The translations under genes were made by a program, and so were the position numbers. A stretch of DNA of 64,000 bases from Phormidesmis sp. (GTDB lineage Bacteria > Cyanobacteriota > Cyanobacteriia > Leptolyngbyales > Leptolyngbyaceae), in contig CBDFJR010000002.1 in the NCBI GenBank assembly GCA_965248535.1, positions 544,001 to 608,000 on the forward strand, given 5' to 3'. Under the pieces are notes generated by a model. It was given only the letters and a program-made list of their open reading frames with translations. It was not told the origin of the DNA and ran no database searches. This document shows positions 41,184-49,951 of this stretch, piece after piece (the first letter of the stretch is position 1; each line of letters starts with the position of its first letter).

Positions 41184-41338
41184 GGCTCTAGGCTTGGAAT
41201 TGGAACAACAGATAGCAATGTTGTATAAAGCTAGTTAAACGGTAATTAAATCAACCCTAGTAATACCAGCGAAACTAACTAAATTCGGTTTTTGAAAGCA
41301 AGATTTAAGCTTTATAGCCATCAGCATAATTAGAACGC

Positions 41339-42124
41339 TTACACAAGCTGCCTAGGTTTAAGTCTCACAAAGAGAATCAGCAGCCCTAATGCGATCGCGA
41401 GTCCAATCGCTGTCATTGAGATCATGGATTGACTTGCTTGCCGAACCGCGATCGCAACCAATGCCCAAATGATCACCGACGTAAAGGCAACATCGCGATA
41501 TCGCCAGGTCAGGGTTGCGGCGATCGCTGCACTGATTGCTGACACGATCACTGTCCAGATCGCTGGAGAAACTCCGCCGCCCATCCATCCAGAACCGTAT
41601 AAAGCTGATGCAACATTCACTACAGTTGCGACAGTAATCCACCCAAAATAAACGCTGACGGGAATTTGAATCAGCCATTTTTCTCGTCGAGAAATGCGAT
41701 CGTCTACGGTTCTCAATTGCAAAAATGCTGAGACTAGAGAGAGCAAAATGCCCATCATCACGATCACCGAGAGCCAAAAGAGCCGCCCTTCAAAGGCCAA
41801 CACCCAGAGAATTTGTAGGAGAGAGGCAGCGATGATCGGCGATCGCACGGCGTGCAGCCGGATGTTATCTCGTTGAGCAGGCGAGATTTGATAGATCCCA
41901 AAGGCGATCAGCCCCAAATAAATCACGCCCCAAATCGCAAACGCATAATTAGCAGGAGTCACCAACACTCCGCCAAAAATCGTGTTTGAAATTGCGCCAA
42001 TATTCAGCCCATTGAGCGGGAAAAAGTTAGAAAGCCCATTCACCACGATCGCGCCTAAAATCGCTGCGATCGTCGCAATTTGCTGACCAGACATTGATGA
42101 AGGAGAGCGATCGGAGCGCTGCAT
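41339..42124 (-). CDS. TspO/MBR-related tryptophan-rich membrane protein
   Basis: TPANYAFAIWGVIY, VYFGWITVATVVN; multiple TM helices. Confidence 0.8.
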   Translation of the reverse strand: MQRSDRSPSSMSGQQIATIAAILGAIVVNGLSNFFPLNGLNIGAISNTIFGGVLVTPANYAFAIWGVIYLGLIAFGIYQISPAQRDNIRLHAVRSPIIAASLLQILWVLAFEGRLFWLSVIVMMGILLSLVSAFLQLRTVDDRISRREKWLIQIPVSVYFGWITVATVVNVASALYGSGWMGGGVSPAIWTVIVSAISAAIAATLTWRYRDVAFTSVIIWALVAIAVRQASQSMISMTAIGLAIALGLLILFVRLKPRQLV

Positions 42125-42188
42125 AGAAGCCTATTTCTTAGGAACCCCTTTAGGATAACGAGGATATCAACGCCCTATCTCTCTCTAA

Positions 42189-42224
42189 TTCCAGGTTTCT
42201 GAATTTTTCCAGGTTTCTGAATTT
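42189..42224. repeat. Perfect tandem 18-bp duplication TTCCAGGTTTCTGAATTT
   Basis: Copies at 42189-42206 and 42207-42224, abutting the stop codon of the primase-helicase gene. Confidence 0.85.
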
Positions 42225-45200
42225 CTAAGCTGACATCTGCATCCAGTCATCCATATCGGCAAATGAGCCGCATCCGGTCACATCCATCAAGGTTTGCAGC
42301 GTGGCTAAATCGCGCTTTTCCCACTCGACGAAGATCGTGTCTCGATCGTCGTCGGGCGGATGATAGCGATAAACTCGAACGCCGCCGCGTCGCCCATCAG
42401 CCGCCTGATCGCGTCCGGTGCAGGTGAGCTTGATGCCAATTTTGCCCAGCAGTGCTTGCACGATCGCCATCGGCACCATTCTCTCAGTGATGGTGACATT
42501 AAATAAGGTTTTGATGTCGTCTTTATACTGCATTGCAAAGGAGACGATATGCTGCACCTCTGCGTCAGTGGCTCGAATCTTTTCGTCTAGTTTGAATAGG
42601 TCGAGGAGCTTGAGCGCTCGCAGGGCTTCAACCTGGGCTGTTAACAGCCGCAAATCTTGAGCCACAACCTTACCGTTGCCCCGATCTAAATGTCCTTGAA
42701 GCTCTTGCATATCATGCAGTTGCACAAATTCGGGATCGTGCGTTAAGTAATAGTGAAGTCGTAGTTGAGCATACCAGCCTTCATCATCTTTGAGCTTTAC
42801 TTCTGGCGTAATTTCAACAGCATAGCGACGTTGTAGCTCGTGTTTGCGTTTGCTGTGGCGCTTGCGTATCGTTTGTGATGAATAATCTCTCAGTTCGTCA
42901 TATTCTTCGGAACTCAACTCCGCAGAGGTTGAGATAGCGATCGCTTCTGCTTTTTGATTTTGAGTTCTAATTTTTGCGACCGCTTGCACGACTTGCTCAG
43001 TGCTTTGGGCGTTGTGTCGCCAGTCTAAAAACTCAAACCCAGAAACTTTGAGCGACCCATTTTTTAATAAATACAGCATTTCTTGAGTGACCGGAGTTTG
43101 GGTAAAAATCTTGGTGGCATCATCGGTGACGATCGTGACTTGATGACCTTCCATAAATAAGCCGTTGTGGAGTTCTTTGCGGTAGCTCCAAAGCGAGGCG
43201 TTGACCCGTGCCGCCATTTTTGCCCAAGTGCGAAGCGCGATCGGGTCGCTCTGCTCGTCTAAATCAAAATCGACTTCCTTTAAAAGAGAAATGTTGTATT
43301 TGACGGCTTTAGTGATTGATTGCGCTACGTCTCGATAGTTGCAGCTTCCGTTACCAATCTTGATCGGGCTGAAGTGAGTGCCCCACACAAAGCGCGGCAC
43401 CGATTCACGCACTCGTGCCAGGGCTTGACGCGATTCTGAGTCGGGCGTGACTCCTTGAAAGATGCCAAACACCGCTTGAAAGTGTCCGCGCACGTCGATC
43501 GAGACTCCACTCCCGATCGTCGGGGTTGACAGCACAATATCGTAGTCAGAAATAATTTGATTCAGTCGATCAACCACCCTAAACGCCGGATGTTCTGGAT
43601 CGGCAACACTTTCACTGTCGATTCTCAAAATGCGCTTGTCTGGGAATCGCAACTTAAGATAACTCTCTAAGTTTTTAGAACTCCACTTGCCCTTAACTTT
43701 TTGAGAATCGACACAGACAAAAACGGCTCCCGTTTCGATGACTTCTTCCATGCGGGCAACCAGCGGCGCAGGATTTTTGGTGTCGTAGAGAGAGACATCC
43801 CAGCCTAAGTCAGGCTTCCATTGGTTGATGACAAGCCAGGGCGCGATCGTAAACTCTGCCAGTCCTTTTAAATAGTCCAAACTGACATCCGACAGGTCAG
43901 CATCTTGGGCGATCAACAATCCCTGAGTTGAGAGAACAATCTGCACCAATTCTCTCAGCGTCTCTAAAATTCTGACGCGCTGGTGACAGCAGGTTGAACT
44001 GTTGAGCGCGTGCCAGAGAACCTGCTCGACCTCATCAAGAATGACGATCGCGCCCTCCCAATCTTCGGGGTTAAATCGCGCTTTTGAGCCAGAATGCAGA
44101 GAGTCAATGCACAGCCCATAGCCATAGATGCCTTGAGTTTCAGACTCTGGCACGTCTTCGATCCAATCTAAATCTAAGCTGTTGCAAATTGCTTTGCCGA
44201 GTTGAATGCGGTGCGTAATCACTAAAACCCTTCGCCCTTGCGATCGGGCGGCTTTGATCAGGGCTTGCAGCGCTGTTGTTTTGCCCGTCCCTTTAGGACT
44301 TTTGACCCCGACTAAACCAGAGGTTGGGTAAGGCAAATCTCCTAGATAGGGTTGATTGAGGGCGATCGTCGGCGCATAAGTTAACGACCACAAACGAGAG
44401 GCTTGCCAAAACTCTAGCGTGACAGCAGCGTCATAAATGTCTGCAAACGCCTCCTGTCCCCAAGCGACGACGAAATCATCTACGCCTTTTTGCGGCCCTG
44501 GCAGGGCGATGACTTTGACTTCACAGCCTGCACGATTTAACAATTGACCCAGCCGAGACGTTGCCAGCACAATGTTTTGAATGGTCTTCGGCTTGGTCTC
44601 ATAGTCAAAGCAGATATACACCGATCGCCCCTCGCTCGCAAAGTGGGCCAACTCTGCAATCAACTGCCGGGTGTCTCGACGATAGCCGCTAAAAATGCCG
44701 GGTAGCGCGATCGCCACATAGCCCAAACTCAGCAAGCACCCAGCTTTCTTTTCGCCCTCGGTCAAAATCAACGGCAGATTATTTTGCCAAACCCATTGCC
44801 AAAACATTTTTTTGTCTTCAAGGTCTGTCGGCAGGGCAATCTGATAGCGATCGGCAACGCGCTGCCAAATCGACTCTGGCACCTCTAGCAGCACCAATCG
44901 GCTAGACCCTTTGCCTAGACTGGGACTGAGATACTTTGCAGGCTTTCGCTTGGCCCGATCGAACACGGGTGTCTCAGCATCTGGCTTAAACCGTCCCCAC
45001 TCCATGCGCTGCCAGTCGCCAAACGGGTCAATGCCGCTGACCCACCAACCCCGCACATTTTGACGCGCTTCTTGGCCAAACCGCGTCACGCTCCAGTGCA
45101 AATGTTCGGCGATCGGGTAAGAAACCTCGTGAGTAAAGGGGTCGATCGCCGTGTCGCCCAGGGTTCGCACATTGAGCCGAATGATGCCCCGATCGACTCC

Positions 45201-45326
45201 GCTATCTAGCCATTCTTGCTCGTGCTCAAGGGCAAGCTCAGAGTCTGTTAGAGCTAAATTAAGGGGTTGCAAAGCGAGGGGCGACTCTAGCATTGAGCCG
45301 CCACAACTGGTACAATTTATCAGCAT
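42225..45326 (-). CDS. Plasmid-type replication protein, CyRepA1-like (DUF3854 TOPRIM primase plus helicase)
   Basis: TOPRIM-like LTEGEKKAG, CFDYE, KGVDD; Walker A SPKGTGKTT; Walker B ILDEVEQ; TIGSGVSID; QALARVR. Start 45326 or 45293. Confidence 0.88.
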   Translation of the reverse strand: MLINCTSCGGSMLESPLALQPLNLALTDSELALEHEQEWLDSGVDRGIIRLNVRTLGDTAIDPFTHEVSYPIAEHLHWSVTRFGQEARQNVRGWWVSGIDPFGDWQRMEWGRFKPDAETPVFDRAKRKPAKYLSPSLGKGSSRLVLLEVPESIWQRVADRYQIALPTDLEDKKMFWQWVWQNNLPLILTEGEKKAGCLLSLGYVAIALPGIFSGYRRDTRQLIAELAHFASEGRSVYICFDYETKPKTIQNIVLATSRLGQLLNRAGCEVKVIALPGPQKGVDDFVVAWGQEAFADIYDAAVTLEFWQASRLWSLTYAPTIALNQPYLGDLPYPTSGLVGVKSPKGTGKTTALQALIKAARSQGRRVLVITHRIQLGKAICNSLDLDWIEDVPESETQGIYGYGLCIDSLHSGSKARFNPEDWEGAIVILDEVEQVLWHALNSSTCCHQRVRILETLRELVQIVLSTQGLLIAQDADLSDVSLDYLKGLAEFTIAPWLVINQWKPDLGWDVSLYDTKNPAPLVARMEEVIETGAVFVCVDSQKVKGKWSSKNLESYLKLRFPDKRILRIDSESVADPEHPAFRVVDRLNQIISDYDIVLSTPTIGSGVSIDVRGHFQAVFGIFQGVTPDSESRQALARVRESVPRFVWGTHFSPIKIGNGSCNYRDVAQSITKAVKYNISLLKEVDFDLDEQSDPIALRTWAKMAARVNASLWSYRKELHNGLFMEGHQVTIVTDDATKIFTQTPVTQEMLYLLKNGSLKVSGFEFLDWRHNAQSTEQVVQAVAKIRTQNQKAEAIAISTSAELSSEEYDELRDYSSQTIRKRHSKRKHELQRRYAVEITPEVKLKDDEGWYAQLRLHYYLTHDPEFVQLHDMQELQGHLDRGNGKVVAQDLRLLTAQVEALRALKLLDLFKLDEKIRATDAEVQHIVSFAMQYKDDIKTLFNVTITERMVPMAIVQALLGKIGIKLTCTGRDQAADGRRGGVRVYRYHPPDDDRDTIFVEWEKRDLATLQTLMDVTGCGSFADMDDWMQMSA

Positions 45327-45374
45327 AAGAAATCGATTCCCAGCAAAATGTTGGAATCATAAGGTTGCATTCAG

Positions 45375-45489
45375 ACCCCTTTAGCAGACTGTGGTAGGGA
45401 CGCTAGAGGGGTTTTGCTTGTCTAGACTTCTGCGAGTGGTAGGTCACAGTCAGTCTGAGTGGTAGGTCAGACTGCATCTAGCAAAGCAA
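45375..45489. promoter_or_regulatory. Three hairpins each carrying GTGGTAGG in the loop
   Basis: GTGGTAGG at 45391, 45436, 45459. Stems: 45375-45385/45402-45412; 45430-45435/45444-45449; perfect CAGTCTGA/TCAGACTG at 45451-45458/45467-45474. Outer stem 45414-45426/45477-45489. Confidence 0.6.
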
Positions 45490-45591
45490 GATTGGTCATC
45501 ACGCTACGGATAGTAGTTCTAGGAACTGCCGTGGTGTGAATGAGACATTAGCATCCAACATTTCACAACTCAAGGGGCAGTTCGTTGGCAT

Positions 45592-45894
45592 ACGCGCAAG
45601 TTATAGGTGAATTTTACGCGGGCGTTGCAGGCTAAAACCAGACGCGGGAGTGACGGGATCGCTCGGTGTTCCTCCGCCAAAGTTATGGCAAAAACTCGAC
45701 GCTAAAGTTACAGGACGCAGGATGAAACGCTTGATGGCAACGAGTCTGATTTGCCTAGATGAGCCATAAGGAAAGCGTTAAGTGAGACGCTGGAGTCACA
45801 GCCACGATCGGCGTTTCTACTCCAAAGTTACAGGCGCAAAACAGACGCTAAAGTTACAGGTCAATCGAAAAAAAACATACGCGGGCGTTATGGC
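45592..45894 (+). repeat. Iteron-like array of nine degenerate 16-bp direct repeats (consensus about ACGCtaaAGTTAcAGG)
   Basis: Copies start at 45592, 45616, 45642, 45674, 45699, 45787, 45819, 45845, 45879; ACGCTAAAGTTACAGG is exact at 45699 and 45845. Confidence 0.8.
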
Positions 45895-46090
45895 ATCAGA
45901 TCGAAGGTACTATCTACATACAGAGTTAAAGCAAAGCTTCTCTGAGTCACACCGCTAGATATAGCGTCCAACTTCTGGACAAAATCGAAACCTTAATGCA
46001 GGATATGTACGGTCAGCCATTTGAGGTGAGTCGGTCGGCCCTAGCCGTCAACCCGTCCTCCCTGTGCTCCCGTTCCTTTATCTGCGATCG

Positions 46091-47173
46091 ATGAAAAAAC
46101 TAGAGGCAACGTTCCCTGTAGACGGGCAACTCTTGATGGTGTTGCCCAGGGCTGCCGCATCTCTCAAAAACCCAGATTTGCAACTTCCGATCTTGCGGTC
46201 TGACGCAGACGGCTATTATCTCGAAGTCCGCGTTGAGGCAGACCCCAGAGAGAGCAGCGAACTCACGCTGATTCGGCGAGTGCCGCTCGAAAATCTCTCG
46301 GCCGAGGAATGGGAAGATCTCAAGGCCGAATATGCCAAGCTCGACTGGAGTGTTTGCGCCCATCAAGGCATCAGCAAAGGGCTAGAGAAAATTCAAGACC
46401 GCAAAACTCAGCGTTTGTTTGCCGCTCTGCTGACGTTTCTCAACCCTCGACAAGTGTCGATCGTGCTTTATCTCTACAAGCTGGCGGCTCAACAGGGCAA
46501 TGGCGCGATCGTGACCTTTCGATCAAACGATTTGTTAGAGATTTTGGGCTACACCCGCACCAAAGATGGCGGATTTGCATCCAAGCTACGATCGCAGCTT
46601 AACCGTGATTTAGTCTCGCTTCACCGCACTGAATTAGTGCTAGCTCAATCCTTTAGAAAAGGCGCTCAAACTATGGGAGCCAAAGTCATGATCAAGAGTG
46701 TTTTGAGGATTAAAGATTACGAAATCGACAACGTGCCTCGTGATTTTGATCTCAGCAAAGCCGCCGATTATACCTATGAGTTAGCAGACGCTTATACGAT
46801 TTCTTTAGAGTTTTTTGATGGCCCGTCTCGCACCGGAGATTCTGTTCTATTTGCTAGCACGATCGACATCACTCAAAAGTTAGGCAATAACGCTAAAAGT
46901 GATTATAAAACAAAGCTATTGATCTACTTGGCTAGCCGCATGAAATGGGACACGCTGCAAGAGGGTCAATATGTCGTAATTTCCAAGCAATACTTGTTTA
47001 AAAACCTAGATTTGTTGGGCAGCAATTCATCTCGAAACAATCAAATTTTTTGGCGCACTGTTGAAGAATTAAAGCAAGCCGGCTACATTTTAGGCGCTCA
47101 AGAGCTACCGGGTAAAAACAAGATTGTGAGTGTGCAGTTTCAAATTAATTCGGCAAAGTTGAAATGTCATTGA
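46091..47173 (+). CDS. Hypothetical protein with two predicted winged-helix domains, Rep initiator-like
   Basis: LNPRQVSIVLYLY...VTFRSNDLLEILGY...LRSQLNRDLVSL and KLLIYLA...ISKQYLFKNLDL...FWRTVEELKQAGYI; divergent from the primase-helicase across the repeat array. Confidence 0.65.
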   Translation: MKKLEATFPVDGQLLMVLPRAAASLKNPDLQLPILRSDADGYYLEVRVEADPRESSELTLIRRVPLENLSAEEWEDLKAEYAKLDWSVCAHQGISKGLEKIQDRKTQRLFAALLTFLNPRQVSIVLYLYKLAAQQGNGAIVTFRSNDLLEILGYTRTKDGGFASKLRSQLNRDLVSLHRTELVLAQSFRKGAQTMGAKVMIKSVLRIKDYEIDNVPRDFDLSKAADYTYELADAYTISLEFFDGPSRTGDSVLFASTIDITQKLGNNAKSDYKTKLLIYLASRMKWDTLQEGQYVVISKQYLFKNLDLLGSNSSRNNQIFWRTVEELKQAGYILGAQELPGKNKIVSVQFQINSAKLKCH

Positions 47174-47288
47174 GCGGACACCTCCAGCGAAGCTATTTGC
47201 TCTGTCTCTGCTCCCTATTCCGCACGGCATATCGTGCCTAGACTTTATGTGTTAGCATCGGGGCTAATGATGTCTCAATAATTCATCA

Positions 47289-47786
47289 ATGGGCAAGGTT
47301 CTGGTGCTCAATGCCTCCTACGAACCGCTCAACATAACCAGTTGGCGACGAGCGGTCGTTTTGTTAATCAAGGGCAAAGCAGAGCAGGTCGAACATAACG
47401 GTAAATATGTTTACTCAGGGTTTCCGTTGCCAACGGTGATCCGTCTGCGCCACTATGTCCGCGTTCCCTACAAAGAAATTCCTCTGACTCGAAAGAACCT
47501 GCTGCATCGAGACAGCCATTCCTGTCAATATTGTGGCTATGGGGGTGATGATTTGACGCTTGATCATGTGATCCCGCGATCGCGGGGCGGTGGTGACTCG
47601 TGGGAAAATATCGTCACGGCTTGCGTGCGCTGCAACGTCAAAAAGGGCAGCCGCACCCCTAAAGAAGCCAATATGCCCCTGCAATATCCGCCTCGCAAGC
47701 CCTATAGCAGTCTCTATTTTGAAGTCACAAAACACGTCAAAAACGGCGTGAATCAAGAATGGCGTAAATACGTCATTGGTATTTGA
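47289..47786 (+). CDS. HNH endonuclease (conserved cyanobacterial McrA-like family)
   Basis: VLVLNASYEPL, RDSHSCQYCG, TLDHVIPRSRGG, WENIVTACVRCNVKKG. Confidence 0.93.
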   Translation: MGKVLVLNASYEPLNITSWRRAVVLLIKGKAEQVEHNGKYVYSGFPLPTVIRLRHYVRVPYKEIPLTRKNLLHRDSHSCQYCGYGGDDLTLDHVIPRSRGGGDSWENIVTACVRCNVKKGSRTPKEANMPLQYPPRKPYSSLYFEVTKHVKNGVNQEWRKYVIGI

Positions 47787-47957
47787 TCCTCCTTGCCTTG
47801 ACTGGCTTGGAGGGTTTTTCTTGTGGTGTGACTCTCTCTCAGGTCAGTCAGTCTTGAGGGATAACCTCGATAAACTTCACCGTTTTTTGCGTTTTTTTGC
47901 GAAGATCAAGGCAGCGATCGCGTCAAACGGTCAACAAATCTCTACAAACTGGCAGCA

Positions 47958-49316
47958 ATGCCCTACCAGGGTAGCATCCTGGCTCCCTCCTCTATGCCAC
48001 CCACTATGCAATCTGATTCGAGTCCATCGCTTAATACATCGCTTAATACTTTGTTAATCACAATGGAACCAGATCCCGCATCTGGGTTGAGTTCGACGGT
48101 TGACTATTCCACCCTTGAGCCTGCTACAAAAGTGACTAATGGCGGGGGATATGCTAGTGAATATCGAGGCCGCTTTCCTTACGATGCGGCTCGATCGCCC
48201 GAACAAGAGCAAAAAATAGACGCATTTCGGCAGACTCTAGACCGTCACCGTGGCGATCGTCAGATTGTGATTCTGCAAGACTTTCCTGACCCTGATGCCC
48301 TGTCTTCAGCGTGGACTTATAAACTGATTGCCCAAAAATATGAAATTCACTGCGATATTGTCTATGCAGGAACCCTCAGCCATCAAGAAAACATTGCCTT
48401 AGTTAAGTTGACGGGGCTGCCCCTTCAGCGCTGGACGGTGCAATCACTCAAGACAAAAGATCTGTCGATCTACAAAGGCTGTGTGTTTATTGACAACCAG
48501 GGAACCACGAGCCAGCTATTTACGTCGATGCAGCAGGCTGGCGTGCCGATCGCTGTTGTTATCGATCATCACAGTATGCAAGACGACATGAGGGCAGAGT
48601 TTGTCGATATTCGTCCCCACACTCGTGCAACTGCCACGATTTTGACCCAATATCTGCAATCTGGGCTGCTAAAACTCGACAATAATTTGACTGAGCACGT
48701 CAAGTGTGCGACTTCGCTGATGCATGGGCTGAGATCCGATACCAATCGCCTCATGCAGGCTCAAGAAGAGGATTTTTTAGCGGCAGCTTATTTGAGCCGC
48801 TTTTATGATGCTCAGTTGCTAAATGCAGTGCTGCAATCATCTCGATCAAAGCAGGTCATGGATGTGATCGAGAGATCGCTGAAAAATCGCACGGTGCACA
48901 ACAACTTCTCGATCGCGGGGGTTGGCTATCTGCGCTATGACGATCGCGATGCGATCCCGCAGGCTGCTGATTTCCTAGTCACGGAGGAAAACGTCCATAC
49001 GGCGGTCGTTTACGGCATCGTTCATGACGAAGACGAGGAGCTAGAAGTGGTGGTCGGCTCGTTAAGAACCAATAAACTCACCCTTGATCCCGACGAGTTT
49101 ATTAAAGAAGCCTTTGGGCAAGATGCTCAGGGTCGCTTTTTTGGCGGCGGGCGATCGCAGGCGGGCGGGTTTGAGATTCCGATGGGCTTTTTGTCTGGCT
49201 TCACCGAAAACAGCGATTATGCCAAGATGAAGTGGAGCGTTCATGATGCCCAGGTCAAGCAAAAACTGCTGCGGCTGGTCAACCCAGAGCAAAACTATCC
49301 CAAAGGCGTGAACTAA
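47958..49316 (+). CDS. DHH family phosphoesterase (NrnA-like)
   Basis: QDFPDPDALSS, IDHH, GLRSDT, FGGGR; start uncertain. Confidence 0.9.
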   Translation: MPYQGSILAPSSMPPTMQSDSSPSLNTSLNTLLITMEPDPASGLSSTVDYSTLEPATKVTNGGGYASEYRGRFPYDAARSPEQEQKIDAFRQTLDRHRGDRQIVILQDFPDPDALSSAWTYKLIAQKYEIHCDIVYAGTLSHQENIALVKLTGLPLQRWTVQSLKTKDLSIYKGCVFIDNQGTTSQLFTSMQQAGVPIAVVIDHHSMQDDMRAEFVDIRPHTRATATILTQYLQSGLLKLDNNLTEHVKCATSLMHGLRSDTNRLMQAQEEDFLAAAYLSRFYDAQLLNAVLQSSRSKQVMDVIERSLKNRTVHNNFSIAGVGYLRYDDRDAIPQAADFLVTEENVHTAVVYGIVHDEDEELEVVVGSLRTNKLTLDPDEFIKEAFGQDAQGRFFGGGRSQAGGFEIPMGFLSGFTENSDYAKMKWSVHDAQVKQKLLRLVNPEQNYPKGVN

Positions 49317-49363
49317 ATCTTTTGCAAAACAAGGTAGAACGTAGAGAGCGTTCTACTTTGTTT

Positions 49364-49864
49364 ATGTCAACCTTTGATCTCTATCTTATTCGTCACGGAC
49401 TAGCCGGACAGCACGGCGACTATGAAGATGATCGCCAACGACCATTAACTGAAGAAGGCGATCGCAAAACTCATCAGGTTGCCAAGCGAATGGGTGAGTT
49501 GGGTTTGACGTTTGATCTGATCTTGACGAGTCCACTAGTTCGGGCTAGGCAAACGGCCGAGATTCTGCAAAAAGCTGGGTTGAGCAAGCATCTTCAAGAA
49601 GCTGCCTATCTTGCGCCGGGTGGTAATATCCAGACCTGGAGCAATTGGCTAGACGATTGGAAGCAAGCCGAAAAATCTCTAGCATTAGTCGGCCATGAGC
49701 CAGACTTGAGCACGTGGGCTGAGACCTTGATCTGGGGGAGCGCTCAAGGCAGGTTTACCCTCAAAAAAGCGGGCGCGATCGGGCTGACGCTGCCGTTGTC
49801 AGGTTCTCCGATCGCCCACAGCCAACTATTCTGGCTAACCCCCCCTCGGTTGCTGATTGCTTAA
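49364..49864 (+). CDS. sixA: Phosphohistidine phosphatase SixA
   Basis: LYLIRHG, RPLTEEG, TSPLVRARQTA, LVGHEPDL. Confidence 0.92.
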   Translation: MSTFDLYLIRHGLAGQHGDYEDDRQRPLTEEGDRKTHQVAKRMGELGLTFDLILTSPLVRARQTAEILQKAGLSKHLQEAAYLAPGGNIQTWSNWLDDWKQAEKSLALVGHEPDLSTWAETLIWGSAQGRFTLKKAGAIGLTLPLSGSPIAHSQLFWLTPPRLLIA

Positions 49865-49951
49865 AAACTCTTCACTGAGTTTATGCGGTTTGATACCCGG
49901 TCATGTGTAAAGTTATCTATTATTAAGTGTTCTAAGTAATCTTTGAGTTAG

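Noticed and set aside
45592..45894. CRISPR or mini-array
   Set aside because: Repeats are only 16 bp and degenerate, with mostly 8-18 nt gaps; this fits protein-binding iterons better.
47289..47786. HNH gene as part of the replication module or a mobile element
   Set aside because: It looks like the widespread housekeeping-type HNH family and is co-oriented with DHH and sixA; there is no evidence of linkage beyond adjacency.
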